A stretch of 63,539 bases of DNA, the filler included, from Collodictyon triciliatum (Eukaryota), in NCBI GenBank assembly GCA_043381765.1. It is 6 parts of 6 records of this genome, joined end to end, with 100 filler letters (N's around TTAATTAATTAA, not from the genome) between each part and the next. Parts side by side here need not be neighbours in the genome. Positions count along the whole stretch, not along the records: positions 55,748 to 61,542 come from JBHJMP010002027.1; positions 61,643 to 63,539 come from JBHJMP010002079.1; 4 more parts are not named here. One strand, given 5' to 3'. The notes under the pieces are model-generated. The model did not search any database, was not told the DNA's origin, and was given only the letters and a program-made list of their open reading frames with translations. Below are positions 55,905 to 63,539 of the stretch, one piece after another (position 1 is the stretch's first letter; each line of letters opens with the position of its first letter). A program made the position numbers and the translations under genes.

Positions 55905-57095
55905 CCCAGCTAGGAACACATATAAAATGACACCACATGACCAAATATCGCTTGTGAAGCCGTCATACCCATCGTCACTTAAAACCTATCAGATAGAATA
56001 CATATCTTAATTGAATCATATCATCTTCAACGAAAATGATAGCCTTTTTAAGAGAATTAGATATAAACCTCTGGCGCGACATAGTTTGGAGTTCCACACG
56101 TGGTTTTCAATAACTTGTCTCCTTGGTTAAATATTGCACTAAGACCAAAGTCTGAGACTTTCAGAATGTCATCATCATGCAAAAGAAGATTTTCTGGCTT
56201 TAAGTCTCTGTGGCAAACTCCTTGTAGATGACAGTATTCAATTCCTGCCAGGTCGATTCGTATATAATTGTTTAGAAGAAATAGGCAATACAAGGAGTTT
56301 CAGATGACGGATGAGCAACATGTTGAATATGTATATCTGAAAGGCGTTTAACAGACCAACAATTAATTGCTGGAAGTATCTCCGTGCTAATGCTTCGGGG
56401 AATCTCCCGTCGTTTGCTATTTGGAAAATCGCATAAATCAAAACGAGCATGGTAGGCCAACTGTCATCCGAGCTATTTCATCATGAATTATATATAAAGT
56501 ATTCACTGGAATCAAACCCAACATAAGCAAAGCTAACCAAGTTTGTAAAATAGCTCTCCTCCGTTGATGAGCTCTAAAACCAAATAAATCTTGGTCCGAC
56601 TAATCAATACATCAATCAAGTTGACAACATTCTTGTGCTTGATAAGCTTCATAATTGAAATCTGGAAACGAAGGTTAGGTTTCATAATGGAGAATTAAAA
56701 AAAAGTCATGACGAAAGAAAATTCAGGAGGAGGCATTATTTACGAGTCTATGGCTTGGGCTCTCAGTACCTCTTTTTTGATCTGTTCTGTCATGTTCTGT
56801 TCATGAAGGTGTCTTTTATCGAGAACTTTGATGGCAACTTTGGCACCAGATTCTACATTCACACCTAACTTTACCCTGTATATTTGTATATATTTTTTGA
56901 AAAATGAAACATAAAATAAAGAGCTGTACCCAATATGTACAGCAGTCTACAAGGCCAAATTAATCACCGCATTATTATTATTATTTTATTGCAAAAAAAA
57001 CTAAGAGAGGAAGTAGTTTTCCACCACTTGTCCATTGCACATACTTTCCAAATGTTCCTTCACCGAGCGTCTTTCCCAATTGATACTTTCCGACT
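55905..57095 (-). CDS. CAMKL Ser/Thr kinase, CIPK/SnRK3-like; start exon not located and C-terminus lost at the contig end
   Basis: [104 protein letters not shown] and [15 protein letters not shown]. Confidence 0.88.
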
Positions 57096-58068
57096 CTGCA
57101 AGGGATTGTTTATTAAATTCAATTCTCAGTATTGCCATTAATATTCTCGCTGCATGGTGAATATATGCTGATTTCAGAGAGACAAAATGAAATTACTCTA
57201 CATAATCACATCACATCGTTCTTACTCATTCATATTAATAGAATTCATATGTCTCAAGACCTTATTAACGGAATAATAGTCAAACCTTTTCACCATTGTT
57301 TTACTGAGAATGATCTAATCAAGAAAAGAAACCGTGGTTGGCTCAATTACAAACGGAGAGTCCAAAATATCAGACAGGGTTAGCCATAATAAAATAATCA
57401 AATGGGTTGCAGGACAAACTCTGACTTTATAAATGTTTGGTTCACTTCGTGAGTTGTTTACACAGATAAACACTCTTAAACCCAGCAAATTGGCAACAGT
57501 TTATATCACGTTCAAAGAAAGAAGTTATAAAAAATGAAAGAGGGTATGTCTTTATCATTATAGTTATTATGCCCAAAGGCATTTATATTCAATTAATGGG
57601 TTATCCCACACCCCATTCTCGTTCTTCTCAATTACTTCTGTAATGTATAAAACAACAAAGAAAAAGAAAAAGAAAAAGAAAAAGAAAAAGAAAAGAGACA
57701 TGACTGGAAGAAAAAGTTCGGCCCTCGTCATTTATTACCACAGTTTTTATGAGCCAGTCGCACAACTGCTTCTGGCGGATGTGGGTCGTGAAGGTTGCTT
57801 TGATCCTGTCTAAAAAAGTCATGTGACTTTTGTATGTGCAAAAATTCCATTTTTGATTCAACGTCAAGCAAATCTGGAAAATATTATCCATATTTACTCT
57901 TCCAAGGTTGTCACCGACCCTGATTGTTAGACTTTTCCATTCCGCACGATATATTTATTTTTAATCTTCCATTTCATATGGGCAAGAGGAGAAGTTTTTT
58001 TCATTTTGCCCACGCCCGGATTTCGATTGGGACTCTCCTGCGGGAATAGTTTACATGTGTCATGTGTG

Positions 58069-60477
58069 CTAGATGTCAGGTATGGGAAGAGTTGGATACG
58101 ACTCAGAGCCACTCCATTTGAGAAGAAACTGAACTGCGTTTTGCTGTACCACTAGCGGGACAACAGATTGGCAATAGACCATAGCGATTGCAGATGTCAT
58201 GAGACAGTGATATTGAAGACAGCCCCGAAATCCAAGTGGGATGAGGTCATATTGATACAAAGAGCAGAGGACTGGTCGGGTGAGCGTCAGTTGAAGCAAA
58301 CAAGAGAACGCACATACAGCAGATATGATATATGCCGTTTGGAGGGAACGGTCGCTCACATCATATGTAGGAAACGATGAAAGGTTGTATCCATACGGAA
58401 TAAATGCACCAGCCATTAAGTATGCCAAAGGGGATAATAACCTCACCATAAATCCCACAAAACACACTCTGAGAGACCTTCTGCGTTGGTGCTCCGATTG
58501 AAGTTGCAATCCTTGAATTATGACATGCTTAAGGCGACCCAGTCTCCCATCCTCTTTGATATGCTCGTCAACTCCGTTCTTCATGGAATCTCTAACATAT
58601 TTCGTATCCAGTATGGGTCCAGTTAAGAGAGCTATACTTTGCCCAAGGACAAGTCCTACTGCAGCCAATATCTGAACAGAGCCTGCTCCAGATTTATTCG
58701 AATCATTTTTCGTTCCAACATCCTCTCCATGCCGCCATATCTGAGGCGATACCATTAAAACAAAAAACTGACCGACAAGGTCAAACAAAGCACAAGATGA
58801 TAATACTAGTCCTTCTGCTAACCCTTTGTCCATGTTTCCAATAACAGAACCAACGACCAGACGTTGTCCCACTTTGCTGATTGCTACGAGAACTTGAAAA
58901 GCCCAAACAATCCCAACCTGACTCACGGAATCGGTTGCTGTGTATAACCCAATCAAAAACCCTTGTTCTGCGATAAAGATGAAGAAGGGAAGCGCGAGCA
59001 ACTTCACAGATTTTACTATTGCATCCCAAACCATGGGGCCACGTCCAAACATATAGTATATTCCTGGACACAACGTGGTGTAATACAGACATACGCCAAC
59101 GATAGCAGCAGAAAACGGGAAAGGATAGAGCCCAACAACAACAAGACCATCAATCAAAATTATGCAAGATAGCGAGTACGAAAGAATGATTGTTGCACCT
59201 TTAGCTACTTTGATGAATTTGGTCATTTGCATGCTATTGGATAAGATTGAAATGGCTATGATAACAAAGAATGCAGAAACCCCAGTTGTGTGTGCCATAA
59301 TCATGAAATTATATTCCACGAGACCGACATTTAGAAAACGATATGACGCAGGGTTGGATTGGGGTATACCTATGAAAATGAAAAGCACAAAATTCAGAAA
59401 TATGAAAAGAGCAAAAACTTTCAATACCTCTTTTCGATTCAAGGGATTGTCATTTGCCTCATCGTAACCATATTCAATATTTAGTGCCAGACTCGATTGT
59501 GATTGGCGAGAGCTATTGTATCCTTTCCAAATAATAGAAAACATGCTAATGCAACTTATTGTGGGCGCTGGATAAGCTTTTCCTTCAATGGTATTGCTTG
59601 TGCTTTTGTCATCAAGGGCTGAGGGTATCTCCGGTGCATCTACCTGAATTTTTGCACAATTTTGTGAGGTTGGACAGTTATTCATCATAACATCAGTGAC
59701 TGGAACATAACCGATGATTTTTATGAGATCGGGTTGAGTGATGTGATGGCCTTCTATATCATCCGTCTTGTTTTGTTTGTTGTCGCCTGATTTGGGCAAG
59801 ACATTCCCTGCTTTCGAGTCACCTGCAAAGGGCAACCCTGAAGAAGAATCACTGCGATATAGAGAATCCCTTCCACCGCTATTGTGAATGGAAAAGACAT
59901 GATCACTCCAAGAGCTCCAAACGGACGAGCTTGGTGGAAGGTGATGCGAAGATGCTCTTTCGCATGCCAAATCCCTTGCCAAACTTGGTGTATCGGGTGC
60001 GCTTGATACTTTTGTTGCTTCTGGTGGGTGCTCTGATTGCAAAACAGCAAGGGCGGCCACAATTTCCTGGGTAGAGTCGCACTCTGAAGCTGGGCGACTG
60101 ATCACTCTCTGGGATTGTCCTTGGGGTGGGTCGTCCTCCTCAATAAGATTTGGAAGTCGAAATGAAGAGACAGAGTCCATCACCACCGATTCACACCCAA
60201 ATGGAATGTACAATTGCGACTGACTGACTTCCCCATGCGATTGTTTCATAGCGTGTAGATGAGTGGACCGATTGTCTCCAGATGAATCTGCAGGTTCATT
60301 AGAGGATGGTGTTTGCTTGGTATTCGAGACTGCGTTGAGTTCGACACTTGGGGAGCTCCAAGTAAGAGTATGTATCGGAGGTGAAGGCGATGGCGCTTTA
60401 GGAGGGGTTGGGGCGTGACCGGGTTGTCGTTCGGCATATTTTACTTCTCCGCGAAAGAGCCTCGGCAGACGCGGCAT
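58069..60477 (-). CDS. Intronless 802-aa protein with a disordered S/P-rich N-terminus and roughly 10 transmembrane helices; function unknown
   Basis: 2.4-kb uninterrupted ORF with repeated 20-aa hydrophobic stretches from about residue 350 onward. Confidence 0.8.
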   Translation of the reverse strand: MPRLPRLFRGEVKYAERQPGHAPTPPKAPSPSPPIHTLTWSSPSVELNAVSNTKQTPSSNEPADSSGDNRSTHLHAMKQSHGEVSQSQLYIPFGCESVVMDSVSSFRLPNLIEEDDPPQGQSQRVISRPASECDSTQEIVAALAVLQSEHPPEATKVSSAPDTPSLARDLACERASSHHLPPSSSVWSSWSDHVFSIHNSGGRDSLYRSDSSSGLPFAGDSKAGNVLPKSGDNKQNKTDDIEGHHITQPDLIKIIGYVPVTDVMMNNCPTSQNCAKIQVDAPEIPSALDDKSTSNTIEGKAYPAPTISCISMFSIIWKGYNSSRQSQSSLALNIEYGYDEANDNPLNRKEVLKVFALFIFLNFVLFIFIGIPQSNPASYRFLNVGLVEYNFMIMAHTTGVSAFFVIIAISILSNSMQMTKFIKVAKGATIILSYSLSCIILIDGLVVVGLYPFPFSAAIVGVCLYYTTLCPGIYYMFGRGPMVWDAIVKSVKLLALPFFIFIAEQGFLIGLYTATDSVSQVGIVWAFQVLVAISKVGQRLVVGSVIGNMDKGLAEGLVLSSCALFDLVGQFFVLMVSPQIWRHGEDVGTKNDSNKSGAGSVQILAAVGLVLGQSIALLTGPILDTKYVRDSMKNGVDEHIKEDGRLGRLKHVIIQGLQLQSEHQRRRSLRVCFVGFMVRLLSPLAYLMAGAFIPYGYNLSSFPTYDVSDRSLQTAYIISAVCAFSCLLQLTLTRPVLCSLYQYDLIPLGFRGCLQYHCLMTSAIAMVYCQSVVPLVVQQNAVQFLLKWSGSESYPTLPIPDI

Positions 60478-60527
60478 TGCCCAACTGGTTGAAAAGTTTG
60501 TAAAAGTTAGGGGGTTGTTGTTGTATG

Positions 60528-60634
60528 TTTTGGTTTGGTTTGGTTTGGTTTGGTTTGGTTTGGTTTGGTTTGGTTTGGTTTGGTTTGGTTTGGTTTGGTT
60601 TGGTTTGGTTTGGTTTGGTTTGGTTTGGTTTGGT
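60528..60634. repeat. (GGTTT)n microsatellite
   Basis: Direct reading. Confidence 0.95.
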
Positions 60635-61542
60635 GACAGTGATTTATATTCGATCGGTCAAGGATTCCCTTGAATGGAAACTAGAGCTGGGAGCTTAACT
60701 CACTCTGCCAAGGCAAAGAGATACGATTTGTTTTACTGTTCTGTTTGCTTCGTTGCATGCTCGAGTAAAATAGAATCCATATACCAACCCAGTTTCTACG
60801 GAAGCACAACATATTCTAGGAGGGACTCAACCCATCCATCTTTCACTTCTCTTCGGGAGCAGTTTCGGTCGTGATAGAAAAGAATATAAAAAAAGCAAGA
60901 AAACAGGCAGAAGCCGCACAGTAAAACACAGGAAATCACACAGAAATAATTCGCTAAGAAATTCACTCCTTTTTCCTGTTGGCATTAACAAAGTATAAAT
61001 TGTATTCGTCGAATAAAAGTTGGTTTTGTCCCAAGAGAAGTTTCCATAAAAGCCCATTATCCATATTTGGAAGAGTAGTTCGTTGGGCTGGTTTGTTCCA
61101 CAAGTAGATGAAATATTTTTTAAAGGATATATATTCCACATGAGTAAACAACACTGTTCGATTCCTCGCCGGAAGTAGCAAGTTTATTTTTAAAGGAAAT
61201 ATGGAAATCTGGTTCGATTTTGCTGCAATAAAATTATGCATAAGTGGATATTATAAATATTTGCTTATTACATCCAAAATAATAGATTTCTTCATAAATA
61301 AAACCATTTTTTTGCGTGAATATACATTATGAGTAGATATATCGAGTACTTGTATTTAATGGCGATGTTGTAATATTGTATGGGGAGTAAATCCGGTCGC
61401 GATCCAAGCTTCACAGACTTATTACAGCCTCTAACTGTAATAAAACAAAAAACAAAAAACAAAAAACAAAAAACAAAAAACAAAAAACAAAAAACAAAAA
61501 ACAAAAAACAAAAAACAAAAAAAAAAAAAAAAAAAACAAAAA

Positions 61543-61642
61543 NNNNNNNNNNNNNNNNNNNNNNNNNNNNNNNNNNNNNNNNNNNNTTAATTAATTAANN
61601 NNNNNNNNNNNNNNNNNNNNNNNNNNNNNNNNNNNNNNNNNN
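61543..61642. other. Artificial contig spacer
   Basis: 44 N + TTAATTAATTAA + 44 N. Confidence 0.97.
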
Positions 61643-61756
61643 GGGGGGGGGGTAAACAAAGTAAGGCTGAAAGTATGAATACCATATATACGAAAGAAAA
61701 ATTGATAGAGATAAGGAATGATACATAAGAATGTTCGGCAGATATTTGGTATAGGT

Positions 61757-63063
61757 ACCGATTTCAGTCATATCACCGTCGACAAATAAGCTTATATCTG
61801 TATTGAGCTGGCATACGTCTAGGACGGCATTGTAACGTTCACTGGCATAGATAATGAAATATTTGAGAATTCACTAGTAAAAAAATCAGACCATTAATCA
61901 CATTATATAATTACACTTCACTGCGGAATATGTATATGCTCATGTTTGAAAGATTAATAAAAAATAAAAAAAAAAAGTAACTTAAATGGAATAAAACAAA
62001 ATATTACCTGTTCATTGGTTTTCCAAATAAGATATTCTCTCTAAGATTTCCCGTCATTATCCATGGAACTTGCGATGAATAAGAAAACGATCCCTTAATG
62101 ATGCGAGTCCTAGTATAATAAAGTGGAAATACTTTCAGTCGCTGAAGGATCGAATTTGAGTTGTCGAAGCTGCGTTCAAATTTCCAGGAGCTCGATATTC
62201 AATTCATCACAAACGAATCGAATGATACCAATAAGAAAAGAAAATAAATCCAGGATACTTGACGGTCTTAAAAAAAGAAATCAATTACCCCTTCATTTTG
62301 AGAGATTCGCCCAATATGGAAGACAATAGAGACGACTTTCCACATCCAACAGGCCCTATAATAGCGACCAAAGAGGGCTTATTCACTTGGAGCTCGATAT
62401 CCTAATCCATAAAAATTATTTTATCACCTTATATACAAGGCAAAGAACCAGACGGAAATAGGTGTAATAGATTTAATAGTATAATTCTGACTTTTTAAGC
62501 AAAGTGGCAGAAGATATAGGATTTTAAAAAATACTCAAATGAAAGATAGTGGAAGGCAGGCTTGATGGTTGTGAATGTTTTTAAACGCTAACCTGAATTA
62601 CTGGTGGCGAATTACGGTCCCATGAATAACTTGCTGACTGTATATTAATATTTGGAGATGATGAATCATTTTGATCACCAGAAACTGACGTGCATGATAT
62701 TTCTTCCATCAAGAGAAACTCTTGAATTCGCTGCGTCGAGACTCTATGAGCGTAGATTTATTCATGAACCATATTGCAAAGGGGTTGTAGATTAGACTAC
62801 AATTTTGAACAAAATGCGATATTCTTGAAGTTCAAGAGTGCTGATTAAAATCATAAGTAATATCATAAAATACAATATTATACTTCACATCGGCGAATCC
62901 TTCCAGACCGCGAGGGAAGAAACTACCCATGGAGAGCCGAATGTAATGAAAAAGAGATATGGTAGAGAAAATTCTTGAACCTTAGGAGGATAGAAATCAG
63001 AATAGAAAAAAAATGTAGCAATGCAAAAAAAAAAAAAAAAAGTTAAAATTTAAAGAAAAAGTA

Positions 63064-63124
<61 letters not shown>

Positions 63125-63328
63125 TTAGATTTGAAGAGCAAGTTCATAAAAAAATGTAAACATAATTTTCGTTGACATGCTTTAGTTTTATTGCAAGTCG
63201 TACTTGTCAAAATATTCCCAGAAAGCGAGTACACGAGAAAAGTAGTTGCTGACGTTACGATAGGAATTGTATAGTAAAGCCCACTGTTGAACGCTTTAAA
63301 ATTCAATGCCTTTTTCATGCTTTCTGTC
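61757..63328 (-). CDS. Internal fragment of an ABCC/MRP-type ABC transporter (end of TMD1 and NBD1)
   Basis: IFSTISLFHYIR, VSTQRIQEFLL, Walker A LVAIIGPVGCGKSSLL, SYSSQVPWIMTGNLRENILFG and DGDMTEIG. Confidence 0.9.
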
Positions 63329-63379
63329 TCTAAAGTATCATGCATGCTCATATAAAGACTCAATCAAATCTCATTTCAA

Positions 63380-63408
63380 ACTTTGAATCGAATAAAGGGG
63401 AAAAAAAA
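63380..63408 (+). mobile_element. About 29-bp family A LINE-tail insertion in an ABCC intron
   Basis: ACTTTGAATCGAATAAAGGGGAAAAAAAA flanked by TCATTTCAA (63371-63379 and 63413-63421). Confidence 0.75.
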
Positions 63409-63457
63409 TAATTCATTTCAACATTATGATTAAAACGAAAACTGGGTTCAAGCAAAG

Positions 63458-63496
<39 letters not shown>

Positions 63497-63539
63497 ATAT
63501 AATTAATAAAAAAAAATTTTTTTTTTCTATTTATTATTT

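Noticed and set aside
60528-60634. (GGTTT)n as a telomeric repeat
   Set aside because: It is internal, short and located just before a splice-acceptor-like site, like the many other microsatellites.

Overview
This window comes from an intron-rich, AT-rich eukaryotic genome, probably a protist, using the standard genetic code and GT-AG introns. It is not one continuous locus: five identical 100-bp spacers (44 N + TTAATTAATTAA + 44 N) join separate contigs, and near-equal descending lengths suggest size-sorted concatenation. Host genes are an actinin-type CH-CH + coiled-coil protein, two unknown coiled-coil proteins, a kinase-SAM-kinase-SAM-SAM protein, a divergent VIP1/PPIP5K, an FGD-like RhoGEF-PH-FYVE protein, eIF3j, a RhoGAP lacking the arginine finger, ALG5, an LRR-CC-SAM-U-box E3, a homocysteine S-methyltransferase, a CDF zinc transporter with a (HSHG)n loop, a CIPK-like kinase, an intronless multi-pass membrane protein and an ABCC fragment. 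The second contig holds relics of several non-LTR retrotransposons: two L1/Tx1-like ORF2 3' ends, an ORF1-only relic and an R4-like RLE element. The most striking hidden signal is a dispersed family of 25-90 bp insertions made only of the extreme 3' tail of these LINEs. Most have recognisable target-site duplications, and the intronic copies are antisense to their host genes. Exon boundaries were read by eye, and no database search was run.
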